DNA of 64,000 nt from Nitrosopumilales archaeon (GCA_044507735.1 JBIQJB010000008.1:8022-72021); one strand, 5' to 3'; positions 1 through 10,511 are shown, numbered from the stretch's first letter. Made by a program: numbers and translations. Notes: generated from the sequence alone by a model not told the origin.

Positions 1-1545
1 AAGGCGTGCCAGAGTTGGTGGCCAGGCCAAAGCTTGCAGTCGTGTCTGACATGTGGGTCGCAGGTAGTGATTCAGTATCGATCGTGTACACGTGTGTGAC
101 TACTGGGCTTTCATTGCCTGCTGGGTCTATTCCAAAGAACTTCAGGGTGGTGCTTTGGGAGATTGCAATTGGCGATGAATACACGGAGCTAGACGTTGTT
201 GGATCGCTGCCGTCTGTTGTGTAGTAGATGGTGGTGCCCGGCTCGTTTGATGTCAGGGCTACACTCTGCGGCGCATTATAGAAACCTCCCGGCGGAGCGG
301 CACTTATCACAGGAGGCAAGGCGTCGCTTATTATGTAGGTCTCTGTTTGCACTGCTCCGATGTTGCCAGCCAGGTCTTTGGCGAAGAATTTGAGGGTCAT
401 GTCGCCGACAACGTCTATTGGAGAGGTGTAGACCGTGCTGTTGACAGTTGGCGTGCTGCCGTCTGTTGTGTAGTAGATGGTGGTGGCGGATTCGCTTGCC
501 ATCAGCGTCACTGACTGCGGCGAACTGTAGGTTCCGCCTGATGGTTCTGCAGTGACAATTGGAGCCTCGAGATCAAACAGGTATGTTTCTGATTTGATTG
601 CTCCTGCGTTGCCAGCAGAATCAACTGCAAAGAATCTCAGCTGGGTGTCTGAAGATATCTGCAAGGGCCCGGTGTATACCGCGCTGCTCGTTGTGGGCAG
701 CGTACCGTCCGTTGTGTAGTATATTGTGGCTTCCTCACTTGCGGACAGGGTAACGCTCACTGGCTGGTTGTAAAGCCCTCCCGGCGGAGCGGCACTTACC
801 ACAGGCGGAGCAGAGTCTATGACGTACGATTCTGTAGCAACAGGTCCAGCGTTGCCAGCACCGTCTACTGCGAAGAACCTGAGCTCTGTGTTCACCGTTA
901 TGGACACAGGACCGGTGTATACTGTGCTGCTTGTATCAGGCTGACTGCCATCCACTGTATAGTATATTGTGGACGGTTCGCTAGCAGTCAGGCTGACTGT
1001 CTGGGCTGAAGTGTACATTCCTCCAGCAGGCGAAGCGCTGACCGTCGGTGCGGTCACGTCAAGAGTGTATATCTCAGTTACTACAGGGCCCTCGTTTCCA
1101 TTAGCGTCAACGTCAAAGAATTTCAGGGTGGTGTTTTCAGAGATGCTGATTGGCGAGCTGTACACCGTGCTGCTTGTCGTGGGCTCGCTTCCATCAGTGG
1201 TGTAGTATATGGTAGCGCCTTGGACAGGGCTTGAAAGTGTCACAAGTTGCGGCGTATTGTAGGATCCGCCAGATGGGGAGGCAGATGCTGCTGTCGCAAA
1301 GAAGTATGATTCACTCGATATTGGACCACCATTGCCAGAGCCATCCACTGCAAAGAACTTGAGCACTGTATTTGTACTGATAGAGATAGGCGAGCTGTAC
1401 ACCGTGCTCGCAGTTGTAGGCATGCTGCCATCAGTGGTGTAGTATATGGTAGCTGGTTCGCTTGTGCTCAATGTCACTGATTGCGGTGAAGTGTAGGTGC
1501 CCCCGGCTGGAGTTGCTGTGACGATTGGGGCAGAGCTGTCAATTG
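1..1545 (-). repeat. At least six tandem ~80-aa (~243 nt) chitobiase-C/Fn3-associated domain repeats
   Basis: IYYTxDGxxP-coding motif (gtagtagat/gtagtatat on +) near 222, 472, 717, 960, 1202 and 1440. Confidence 0.85.
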
Positions 1546-3577
1546 TAAACGTCCTGACCTGGCTGAAGGGGCTTGCGTTATTCTCGCCATCCACCGCTCT
1601 GACCTTCCAGTAGTATGTGCCATCCGGCAGGGGAGTATCGTGGGTATAGTTGGATGCAACAATGCCCGCCTGGTCTATGACGGTAGATGTAAAGTCAGGG
1701 TTGGTGGCTACGAGGAGCTCGTATGTCACTGCCGACACCAGGTCTGAGACGTTCGACCAGAATAGCTGTACATTGTTCGCACTGGTAACCATCCCGTCTC
1801 CCGGTGAAAGCAATTCAGGGGCCGTCGGTGGAGTGGTATCGGTTATTGTAACTAACTGAGTGGCACTGGCAGAGTTCCCCGAACTGTCGGTAGCCGTCCA
1901 GGTTACGATCGTGGTTCCCACAGGGAAGCCGATTTCAGACTCGCCCGCGCCAGAAGCATCAAAAGTAACTTTAGGAGAAGGATCAGAATTATCAACCACC
2001 GTTGGCATTCCCAGAGAAACTGCAGTCAAAGGCCCTGTTGCCTCCATCACAATGTCTGGAGGTGGGGTTATCACTGGTGGTATGGTATCTTGTCCTCCCA
2101 GATTTACCGTAATCGGGCTCAAGTACGCCCACTGCTGGTTGTTAAAAAAATCGGTAGCTCTTGAAACGATAGTCAAGGTTCCGGATTGCTTGACGTTTAG
2201 AACGTGAGACCAGGTCGACCAACTGCCAGGGTTGGTCTGCTGGGCGGTCTTGTAGGCTGTGCCTTCGGTGCGCACCTCCACGATCTTTACCCCCGACTGG
2301 CCATCCGACGCAGTTCCCTGAACCAGGATATTTACTCCCGAAGTCGGTCCATTTATGACCGTGTTGTTCGCAGGAGCGGTTGCGGTAATTACTGGCCTTA
2401 TGTTGTCAGGCGTTGAACTTATCGTTACATACTGTGTTGCGGTGCCAGAGTTGCCCGCACTATCCGTTGCAGTCCATGTCACCACCGTGATTCCCTGTGG
2501 AAATTGCGCAGGAGCATCGTTGGTCACTATGGGAGAGATGTCAACATTATCATAGATAGTAGGAGTCCCCAGGTCGCTGATTGTGGTTAGCGGGGTTGAA
2601 TGGACCTCGGCTATGTCCGGAGGGGGAGTAACTACTGGAGGAGTGTTATCCACAATTGGAGGGAGAGGGATGTTGGCTACGCTGGAGAAGCTCTTGATTT
2701 GGTAGCCCTTGTTCTTGACGATTGTTATTAGTTCGTTCAGGTCGTCGATTTCATTCGGATCAAGCTGGGGCGTCCAGCCACCGTCTGGACCCTTTACCGT
2801 GAAATCCTGGGGGTGAAGCGTGACTACTACGTACCCATAATTTTCGATGGCAGTATCGATCCGGTTTGAAATGAGGTTGAGAGGGTTCTTTATTGGAGGC
2901 TCAAATTCGTAGTTGTAATACCCTATTTCTTGAGGCAGGTGATAGATGCCCTCTTGGTCTGTGATATCCGAACCTGCAATCGCCATGTAGATCTTGTTGT
3001 CTGGATGACCCGGAATGTCTTCTTCTGGAAATACACTTTCGATCTCTTGATCAAACTCTGCGCTAATGATCTTCATGCCAGCTTGATTCAAAGCCGCAAG
3101 CGTATTCTCATTGTATGAATTGTAGGGCGGTATGAATATCTTGGAAGTTCTGCCCCATAGAGTCTGCAGCTTTGCGTTGGCCTGCTGCAGCGTATCGAAT
3201 TGCTCCTGCTGTGTAAGGGTCTGGTAATCAACGTGGTTCCATCCGTGCAGCGTCAGCTCGAGGACGCCGGCTGCTGCTCCTTCCTTTACCTTGTTGACGA
3301 TTGTGGGATCGTTTCCGATAAAGTTCATCACGATTCCGACCGAGAGGGGTTCGTTTCTGGCAATGAACTGGTTAATTATTGCGATCTGCACCGGAGCGAG
3401 CCAAAAATCCTGAACATCATCTAGACGAAATACGACGCAATTACAGGCATCAGGATTCAGAGCCGCAGCAGACTGCTGCGGTATTGTGACAGTACTCATT
3501 ATTATCATGGCGGCAATTATCAAAATTGCAAAGGAACGCCTCGATAGTATACTGTCTGCACGGTGAGCTATTGCCAT
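1..3577 (-). CDS. Large secreted/surface protein: polysaccharide deacetylase (CE4/NodB-like) + HYR + Ig/Fn3 + tandem chitobiase/Fn3-associated repeats; 3' end runs off window
   Basis: Absent from ORF track (no stop in window). Manual translation from ATG 3577: signal-like FAILIIAAMIMSTVTIPQQSAAA, VVFRLDDVQD, LHGWNHVDY, FIPPYN, LHPQDF; HYR-like TVVTWTATDSAGN twice; YYWKVRAVD; repeated IYYTTDGSxP. Confidence 0.9.
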   Translation of the reverse strand, partial: MAIAHRADSILSRRSFAILIIAAMIIMSTVTIPQQSAAALNPDACNCVVFRLDDVQDFWLAPVQIAIINQFIARNEPLSVGIVMNFIGNDPTIVNKVKEGAAAGVLELTLHGWNHVDYQTLTQQEQFDTLQQANAKLQTLWGRTSKIFIPPYNSYNENTLAALNQAGMKIISAEFDQEIESVFPEEDIPGHPDNKIYMAIAGSDITDQEGIYHLPQEIGYYNYEFEPPIKNPLNLISNRIDTAIENYGYVVVTLHPQDFTVKGPDGGWTPQLDPNEIDDLNELITIVKNKGYQIKSFSSVANIPLPPIVDNTPPVVTPPPDIAEVHSTPLTTISDLGTPTIYDNVDISPIVTNDAPAQFPQGITVVTWTATDSAGNSGTATQYVTISSTPDNIRPVITATAPANNTVINGPTSGVNILVQGTASDGQSGVKIVEVRTEGTAYKTAQQTNPGSWSTWSHVLNVKQSGTLTIVSRATDFFNNQQWAYLSPITVNLGGQDTIPPVITPPPDIVMEATGPLTAVSLGMPTVVDNSDPSPKVTFDASGAGESEIGFPVGTTIVTWTATDSSGNSASATQLVTITDTTPPTAPELLSPGDGMVTSANNVQLFWSNVSDLVSAVTYELLVATNPDFTSTVIDQAGIVASNYTHDTPLPDGTYYWKVRAVDGENNASPFSQVRTFTIDSSAPIVTATPAGGTYTSPQSVTLSTSEPATIYYTTDGSMPTTASTVYSSPISISTNTVLKFFAVDGSGNGGPISSESYFFATAASASPSGGSYNTPQLVTLSSPVQGATIYYTTDGSEPTTSSTVYSSPISISENTTLKFFDVDANGNEGPVVTEIYTLDVTAPTVSASPAGGMYTSAQTVSLTASEPSTIYYTVDGSQPDTSSTVYTGPVSITVNTELRFFAVDGAGNAGPVATESYVIDSAPPVVSAAPPGGLYNQPVSVTLSASEEATIYYTTDGTLPTTSSAVYTGPLQISSDTQLRFFAVDSAGNAGAIKSETYLFDLEAPIVTAEPSGGTYSSPQSVTLMASESATTIYYTTDGSTPTVNSTVYTSPIDVVGDMTLKFFAKDLAGNIGAVQTETYIISDALPPVISAAPPGGFYNAPQSVALTSNEPGTTIYYTTDGSDPTTSSSVYSSPIAISQSTTLKFFGIDPAGNESPVVTHVYTIDTESLPATHMSDTTASFGLATNSGTP

Positions 3578-3869
3578 GGCAAACGCAACATTGTGCAAGG
3601 ATAAAGAGATACAGCCCGATTCCACTCGACCAACAGAGGTTATTTGCCGAAATCAGAATGCAAACTGCGCATTATTCCCGCATGGCTGAAAGCACCTTAT
3701 TACGCAGATTAGCGACCAGAATGAAGCTAGAAGCAGTGTAATTGGCAAGACCTGCCACCGTCTCTGCGCCAAGCTTGTGCTATATTAACCACTTTTCCGT
3801 TACTCCTGGTTCTAACTTGCCATTGCAGGTCTTGCCTGTGAGCAATCCACATTTATTTTCAAAAATCCA

Positions 3870-4109
3870 TTGGCTCTCGAATTGACGCTCTCGGCCGCTG
3901 ACAGAAAAGACAATGAGATAGAAGGTTCAGAAATCTTGTCGGCGACAGGGTGGAAAAGGGCACTTGGTTGCAGGTTTGCGCAGGTCTGTCGACATTGCCA
4001 GGCCAATGCCAGGAGCTGTAAGGATGACGAAGAAGCCGCTGCCTACTGTGGAACATACGAATTGTTTCTGAGTTTCAAGCCTAGCGAAATGGACACGATA
4101 TCCTGCTGA
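3870..4109 (+). CDS. Small Cys-rich hypothetical protein
   Basis: 79 aa with CxxxxxCxxC-x6-C-x9-C; fills an intergenic gap. Confidence 0.45.
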   Translation: MALELTLSAADRKDNEIEGSEILSATGWKRALGCRFAQVCRHCQANARSCKDDEEAAAYCGTYELFLSFKPSEMDTISC

Positions 4110-4188
4110 GGTCAGAGCAGCAGGTGAATATAGACTATAGAATATTGTAAGTAAAGATTTATCAATTACTGTTTTCGATAAAAAGCTG

Positions 4189-4434
4189 GTGGACAACGGG
4201 CGCAACGATACACTAATGATAACGCGCGCGCTTGATGAGGCGTTAGATGTTTTTGGCCCCTTTGCCAAGGAAGCGGTTTTTGCGGCACTGGCCCAGAAAT
4301 TCTCGTCTTCTATCAACAACTACTCGATTGAGCAGATTGAGGATTCCCTCGTCGAAATACTAGGCACGACAGGCGGCAAAGTATTGAATAAGAGATTCAG
4401 AGAAGCGCTGGCATACACCGACAGGCAACAATAA
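4189..4434 (+). CDS. Stand-alone thaumarchaeal output-domain (NitrOD-like) protein
   Basis: ALDEALDVFG...IEQIEDSLVEILG..GG pattern; paralog at 10268-10511. Confidence 0.65.
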   Translation: MDNGRNDTLMITRALDEALDVFGPFAKEAVFAALAQKFSSSINNYSIEQIEDSLVEILGTTGGKVLNKRFREALAYTDRQQ

Positions 4435-4474
4435 AGTAAGACTGTCGGCGACATCTATGCATCGTAGCTTCTGC

Positions 4475-6247
4475 CTACTTTACAGTGACTGACTTTGCCA
4501 GATTTCTAGGGTAATCAGGGTCAACCTTTCGGCTAACCGCTACAAGATACGCCAAGATCTGCAGCGGTATGACTTCTATCAGGGGATAAAGGTGCTGTTC
4601 CTTGATTCTCGGTAGCTCAATCCAGTGATCGTACAGGTCGCTGTTTCTGTCAGAAACGCCAATGACTGTAGCTCCTCTCGCCTTTATCTCATGTATGTTA
4701 TGCAGCGTTTCCTCGTAGGTGTTATCGGTTGGATTTAACACCAGCACGAGCACATTCTTGTCCATCAGGGCAAGCGGTCCATGCTTTAGCTCACCGGCCG
4801 CCAAGCCCTCTGCATGTATGTACGCAAGCTCTTTTAGCTTGAGTGCCCCTTCCAGCGCTATCGGGTAGTGCATGGACCTTCCCAGAAGGTAGATGTTGTT
4901 GGCACTACTTGTCAATTCGACGACATTGGTCAAATTATGGTAAGACGACAGCGCCTTGTCTAGCGCGCTGGAAAGCTCATCCAAGTTGCCAATTATGTCA
5001 TGGTGTCGGGGCCCCTTTGCCAGCTGGTTGGCTATAGCATAGATCGTGGCAAGCTGGCCTGTAAAGCTCTTTGTAGCTGCTACTCCAATTTCCGGCCCGC
5101 ATTCTATTGCCACTATGGCATCACTCATCCTTGCAAGGGAGGAGGTTGTAACGTTGACTATCGAAAGGATCTTGGCTCCCATTTCCTTTGCCTTTTTCAC
5201 CGAGTTCAATACGTCTGCAGACTCGCCGCTTTGAGAGATTGCAATAAGAACAGAATTGGGAGTTATGGAATCAAACTCGTACTGAAATTCACTTGATACA
5301 ATTACACTTGAGTGAATCTTGGCGAATCTTGCAAAAATGCTTTTTGCCAATAATGCCACATGATGGCTGGATCCGCTTCCAGTCAGAAACACATGCTCTG
5401 CCTGCGAAATTATGTTGCAGAACCCATCAAGCCCGTTCTTGCTTGAAATCTTGTTAATGGTCGTTCTTGCCTGTTCATTGATTTCTTTCAGGGTGTGATG
5501 CTCGTACTTGCCCTTGTTGGCTGCGCCAAGCTCCCATGCAACAGGCGTAATGGGCCTGCTCACAGGGTTGCCGTCAGTATCATACAGCGACATGTTGTTG
5601 TCTTCGATTATGGCTATGTCGCCGTTGTCCAGGAATATTGCATTGTCAGTGAACTTTAGAAACCCAAGTACGTCGCTTGAAATGAAAAGCCCCTTTGGCG
5701 ATACCCCGATGATCAGTGGTTCTTCCCATCTGGCAGCAGCCATGGCCCCGTGTTTGAAGGCTGCCACAAATGCATATGATCCGCGCAGCTTCTTGCATGC
5801 TCCAACAATTGCATCCTTAATCGACAGGCTCTTGGAATATTCCGCTTCTAGAAGGTGAGCTATGACTTCGCTGTCAGTTTGACTTCTGAAAGAGTGTCCC
5901 TGCATGATAAGCTCGTTCTTTAGCTCTTGGTAGTTCTCGATGATGCCGTTATGCACCACCGCAATGTCACCTTGGCAAGTTGAATGCGGATGGGCATTGC
6001 CATCTGTGACACCTCCGTGGGTTGCCCACCGTGTATGGCCAATGCCTATCGAGCCCTCCATTTTTTCAAGGCCCAACCTTTGGTTGACTTCTGCTACTTT
6101 ACCTACCCCTTTTGAAATCAAGATTTTCTCGTCCTTTATGGTTGCAACCCCGACGCTGTCATAGCCTCTATACTCCATCAGCTTCAAGCCATCCACAAGT
6201 ATAGATGCCGCATTATCCTTGCCGCTGTAACCCAAGATTGAGCACAT
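4475..6247 (-). CDS. glmS: Glutamine--fructose-6-phosphate transaminase (isomerizing)
   Basis: N-terminal Cys nucleophile (MCSILG), EYRGYDS, GHTRWATHG, HNGIIEN, ELKHGP, PRNLAKSVTVK. Confidence 0.98.
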   Translation of the reverse strand: MCSILGYSGKDNAASILVDGLKLMEYRGYDSVGVATIKDEKILISKGVGKVAEVNQRLGLEKMEGSIGIGHTRWATHGGVTDGNAHPHSTCQGDIAVVHNGIIENYQELKNELIMQGHSFRSQTDSEVIAHLLEAEYSKSLSIKDAIVGACKKLRGSYAFVAAFKHGAMAAARWEEPLIIGVSPKGLFISSDVLGFLKFTDNAIFLDNGDIAIIEDNNMSLYDTDGNPVSRPITPVAWELGAANKGKYEHHTLKEINEQARTTINKISSKNGLDGFCNIISQAEHVFLTGSGSSHHVALLAKSIFARFAKIHSSVIVSSEFQYEFDSITPNSVLIAISQSGESADVLNSVKKAKEMGAKILSIVNVTTSSLARMSDAIVAIECGPEIGVAATKSFTGQLATIYAIANQLAKGPRHHDIIGNLDELSSALDKALSSYHNLTNVVELTSSANNIYLLGRSMHYPIALEGALKLKELAYIHAEGLAAGELKHGPLALMDKNVLVLVLNPTDNTYEETLHNIHEIKARGATVIGVSDRNSDLYDHWIELPRIKEQHLYPLIEVIPLQILAYLVAVSRKVDPDYPRNLAKSVTVK

Positions 6248-6655
6248 ATTATCATAAGCAATAACGAGGGGGTATGAATGGAATATCCCCAGTTTTGAAT
6301 ATCAGGATACTAATTATTGCCAGCTTTGTTTCAAAAATAGAAAGTATTCGCCATTTGCAATCACGGATTAGACCGTGATCCTGGCATCTTAGAAACAGAA
6401 ATACGATAAGGGCGACTATTGGTGACTACTACCAAACAAGTTCGGTAGATTCCATTGTCACAGTCGGATTCATGCCTCCCACCCGGGCAATGAGTCGGGG
6501 CAGGTCCACAATCACCTCTCTTCTGGATTGAGGATGGATGGTGTGATAGAGAAATTCATCCGAGACCAAGAGAGGCATTCATTATTGTTAAAGCCAGAGG
6601 TCTGCATGCGACACTCCGATAAGGAGAGTAGAGAATAGAGAAGAATTTGTTTCCG

Positions 6656-7342
6656 TCAGTAGTTGTCGACTACAGCTTCAAAACGGTCAAAGTTCTTGCC
6701 AATAACCTCTATGGACTCGTTCCATGTGACGCTCCTCACTCCTTCCACAGCCCGGATCTTCTCTATGAGCTCCAGCAGTTCTGAATTTTGGCGGAATATG
6801 AACTCCAGCTGCAGGTCAATTTCACTGCCCCCCATGGTCCTGTTAACAGAGATAATGGCATCCTCCCATTGAAGCAGTTCCTTTGCAACAGACATGGTCC
6901 GCCCATTCTGTGTCGAGATAAACAGAGTAGCCCGTCGCCATCCAAACTTGTCAACCTTCAGGACATATGACGTTTCTAGCAGCAGCTCTTCCAGTCTTTT
7001 TCTTCTTCTCTGGACTGTACTAAGTGGGATATCGAGTTCGCGGGAGAGCTTTAATGATGAAACGCGGCCCCCAGAGGCAAGCAGGGATTTGAGGATTTTC
7101 TTGTCGGTCAACGATAACACAGGAGCAAGCCCCTTTTTCATGGGCCTGTCTGTCCTCGGTGTATTTTTGTGCATGTTAATGACTTTGTTTAGCCCATATA
7201 GCAGGTCAGAGAGCTCTTCAATGGAAAAGGACTTGAAAGCTTCGGTCTGTACGCCAAGCTTTGACAGTTCCTCTAGTAGCTCATGTCGTGACATTGACGA
7301 TTCTGGTTTTGACTCATAGTAGTTTTCTTGGTCTGTCATCAT
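6656..7342 (-). CDS. Lrp/AsnC-family transcriptional regulator with N-terminal extension
   Basis: TDKKILKSL...SLKLSRELDIPLSTVQRRRKRLE HTH plus C-terminal RAM-like domain. Confidence 0.85.
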   Translation of the reverse strand: MMTDQENYYESKPESSMSRHELLEELSKLGVQTEAFKSFSIEELSDLLYGLNKVINMHKNTPRTDRPMKKGLAPVLSLTDKKILKSLLASGGRVSSLKLSRELDIPLSTVQRRRKRLEELLLETSYVLKVDKFGWRRATLFISTQNGRTMSVAKELLQWEDAIISVNRTMGGSEIDLQLEFIFRQNSELLELIEKIRAVEGVRSVTWNESIEVIGKNFDRFEAVVDNY

Positions 7343-7727
7343 AATGGAACACTCCTAGTAACGTCCGGTGACTGGGTATGCGTCATTGGATAGTATGGTT
7401 CTGTATAGCTTCTTCTTATTCTTAATGCATCTTTCTTATACATGATTTCTTTCTGGTATCTTGTTCATGCATCAAAATATAAGAAGCGTGTCCGCAAATG
7501 CTACCGAAGGAGAACAAATTGTTCTCATAACAGCGTTCTTCGGAATAAGTATTCAGATAACAAGCGCGTTGTGGAGAAATTATTCACTTTGTTGGCGGCA
7601 AAAAATCATGGCTGCTTGATGTCATACCCAGTAATGGAAACACGATCAATACTTGTCTTGTCTAGGTGACATCAAAACTTGAATAGCCATTTCAGCGAAC
7701 TACCCGGTCAAGAGAGCCGAGCTCTGA

Positions 7728-8615
7728 TCAGGCTCTTTGCTCCGGCGGGACCTGTATTGATACATTCTGCTCAGCCTTGCGGCGGATATGCATCCTGTAC
7801 TTCAGGTCAACCTCTTTTGCCGCTTCAATTATGCTGGATCCCACATACGTCTTTATGTTGTTGAGGAACATTTGACTGTCCTTTGGTAGGCAGTGTCCCC
7901 CTATTCCATCCCTTGCATCTAGGATCTTGACATTCCACTTGGTATTTATCGCATCCCGCAGTTCTTTGAAGTTGACTCCGCTATTGTCACACATCATCTT
8001 CAGCTCTTCTGCAAACGCAATCTCAAGAAATCGGTGCGAATTCTCTACAATCTTGCAGAGCTCTGCAACTTCTATCGAGCTTGATTCGAATAGCGGGATA
8101 TCAAGAATTTCTCCGTAAAAGTGCTTTGCTGCTTCCATGCAACACGAATCGCATGCTCCCACCACCCGTGTCTGCCTTACTCCATGATCCTGTTTTTCAT
8201 TGGCATAGAATCTGTGGGGTACGTGGCATACATGGAGTCTATGACCGAGTATGTCCAAGACCGTCTTGGACGTACCTCTGCTAATTGTACTGTCTATCCC
8301 CACTAGTGCTCCGGATTTTCCTTCCTTTGATATCATGTCTGCCAGCTGAAATATCCCATCCTGAAGAGGGAGAGACATGTCTTCCGGATTGTGAGTTGAG
8401 ATGCAAATGATATAGTAGTCGTATCCCTCAAAATTTTTCGCCTTGTTCTTGATCACTCCGTCATCAAGAGCTCTCCTTATGGCGCTTTCACTGACATCAT
8501 ACCCATCCACGTGAAGGCCCAGAGAGGTCATGTATTCGGCATTGCTGTAACCAATCTGACCCAATCCCATTATCAGTATCTTGCAGTTGTCGCCTTCATT
8601 TTTTTCATCATTCAT
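7728..8615 (-). CDS. UDP-glucose/GDP-mannose (UDP-ManNAc-type) dehydrogenase family, short form
   Basis: GLGQIG Rossmann motif, KIVENSHR, GIGGHCLPKD catalytic Cys; 295 aa. Confidence 0.88.
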   Translation of the reverse strand: MNDEKNEGDNCKILIMGLGQIGYSNAEYMTSLGLHVDGYDVSESAIRRALDDGVIKNKAKNFEGYDYYIICISTHNPEDMSLPLQDGIFQLADMISKEGKSGALVGIDSTISRGTSKTVLDILGHRLHVCHVPHRFYANEKQDHGVRQTRVVGACDSCCMEAAKHFYGEILDIPLFESSSIEVAELCKIVENSHRFLEIAFAEELKMMCDNSGVNFKELRDAINTKWNVKILDARDGIGGHCLPKDSQMFLNNIKTYVGSSIIEAAKEVDLKYRMHIRRKAEQNVSIQVPPEQRA

Positions 8616-9054
8616 TTCACCTAAGTGGCTGCCAAGGGTTATGAAAGACTGATGACCATATTTGATATCCGATCTAACAAGAATTATTCAGCTAGCTGAT
8701 GACCAACGGCATTTTTCTTCATATTCTTGCGACAACATTATCTGCTCTCATGACTTTTCATCAGAACGTCACCCTAAGCAATTCATCCAGAGTGGACACT
8801 TGCTTTCATTCACATGTTCAGGATACGCTGGACAACAACCATGGAGAATCGGCCAAGAGATGAAATGTATCGGATATCAAATCATTGGAAAATGCCGGAG
8901 CAGTAGCACCTATGATCTTTGATTCCCATCTTGGCTGAAAGCCAATTGCAGGTTGCGGGGGAATAAAAGGCGAGCAAGTGCCGAGCGGCAAAGCGGAAGA
9001 GAGCATTCTGCCAGCCTACAATGCGGTACAAAAAATGATCGAAGTTGCCGATAT

Positions 9055-10017
9055 CTAATCGCTATCAAGGATTTTGATTAGTGCATCAGTATTAGTTCCT
9101 ATCTCTTTGAGAGCTTCGCTCCATGCCACATCTCTAACACCGTCCATTGCCTTGATCGACTCTATAAGAGACAGTAGCTTGGAATTGTTCTTGATCATGA
9201 TTTCTGCATGCAGGTCAATGTTATTGTTTCCAATCGAATTGTGCACTGACAGCACTTCATCGAAAAGAAGCAATTTTTTGCCTACTTCTTCGTTATTTCC
9301 CTTCACAGTATTGATGAGCAGTGTCACCCTTCTGAACCCAAACTTTTCATATTTCAGAGAGTAGTTTGTAGTGAGGAACTCGCTTTCAAGTTTTTTCCGT
9401 TTTCGCTGCATGGTAGTAACTGGTATAGACAGCTTTTTTGACAACATCGAGGAAGAAATTTTTCCCTTTGAGAGAATCAATTCTTTCAAGATTAGCTTGT
9501 CAGGGGATGATGCGGATTTTAGTGGTGGATTCCGGAGGCCCTTAGCCAAGTCGCGCAGCTGAACAATAGAACATTGCCGGAACTTTTCAGCATCCGCCCC
9601 CAGTGACATCAATTCAAGAAGAAGATCCTCTCTTTCTCGCTGACTGCCCGTCAGAGACAGGATCTGTGACAGATCGATCGACTCTATAGGATTGTCTATT
9701 ACTTGATCAATAAATGGAAGATTCTCAAGGGTTCCACTATTATTGACACCTTTGCTGTCTAAAGCAATCAGCACATCAAGATAAGGGTTGACTTTTTTTC
9801 CCTCTCTTATGATGTTGAGGGTTGGCGGATCTGCAATTCGTGAAGATACTATCATCACAGCATAACTCGAGGGATTTTTGGAGATGGCATCAAACGCTGT
9901 CTTGATGCTATCATGTTTTTCGACCAGCTTGTTGTCCCTGCGCTTGTTAAGAGTCAGGTGCCTCAGAGCTTCGATGGGAATTAGAATTACTTCGTAGGGG
10001 GTTGCTCTTGGTATCAT
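9055..10017 (-). CDS. Lrp/AsnC regulator fused to a degenerate receiver-like domain
   Basis: REC-like N-terminus (AFDAISKNPSSYAVMIVSSRI...KKVNPYLDVLI...DNPI) without phospho-Asp or KP; HTH IPVTTMQRKRKKLE. Confidence 0.8.
   Translation of the reverse strand: MIPRATPYEVILIPIEALRHLTLNKRRDNKLVEKHDSIKTAFDAISKNPSSYAVMIVSSRIADPPTLNIIREGKKVNPYLDVLIALDSKGVNNSGTLENLPFIDQVIDNPIESIDLSQILSLTGSQREREDLLLELMSLGADAEKFRQCSIVQLRDLAKGLRNPPLKSASSPDKLILKELILSKGKISSSMLSKKLSIPVTTMQRKRKKLESEFLTTNYSLKYEKFGFRRVTLLINTVKGNNEEVGKKLLLFDEVLSVHNSIGNNNIDLHAEIMIKNNSKLLSLIESIKAMDGVRDVAWSEALKEIGTNTDALIKILDSD
9337..9390. repeat. 54-nt exact repeat, copy 1 (other copy 10846-10899)
   Basis: cccaaacttttcatatttcagagagtagtttgtagtgaggaactcgctttcaag is identical in two Lrp paralogs. 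Confidence 0.95.
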
Positions 10018-10052
10018 TATTTCAGCCTTTACAAGGCAACAACAACACCTAT

Positions 10053-10075
10053 CATTGCAATTGCAATGTTATAAT
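10053..10075 (-). promoter_or_regulatory. Perfect 16-bp palindrome abutting a TATA-like box upstream of the REC-Lrp gene
   Basis: CATTGCAATTGCAATG at 10053-10068, then ttataat at 10069-10075. Confidence 0.5.
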
Positions 10076-10267
10076 AGTTTGGTTGCTATGTCCACGCGTG
10101 GCAAATTGGACATCCTGTCACCCTAATTCACCTCAAAGTCAATTGGAAACTATTATATCTAAATCTCGAAAATATTAGAACAATCATGGAAGAATCTATT
10201 ATGGTATATAACAAAGTAATGATTTTAGATAAAGTCCTAAATGGGTTAATGAAGAATTCTAATAGCA

Positions 10268-10511
10268 TTGGACGGAGAGTCTTACGATTCCATCAAATAG
10301 GATCACCAATGCTCTAGATAGAGCACTCGACGTCCTCGGTACTTCGGGCAAGCAGGCAGTCCTTGACGAGCTTGAATCAAGACAGATCGATTGGGATGAA
10401 CGCGATGATGAAATCATCGCGGAGATAGAGGATTTTCTCAGGCAGAGTTTCCACAAGGGGGCGTCCTATCTCATCTCTAGGTTTAGAGAAGAGCTTGCGA
10501 AAGGAGAGTAG
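10268..10511 (+). pseudogene. NitrOD-like paralog of 4189-4434, frameshifted near the start or using a non-canonical start
   Basis: TTG-start MDGESYDSIK* then another frame RITNALDRALDVLGTSGKQAVLDELE...IEDFLRQSF...RFREELAKGE*. Confidence 0.6.

Noticed and set aside
6-3424. Plus-strand ORFs in the track
   Set aside because: Antisense shadows of the large minus-strand surface protein
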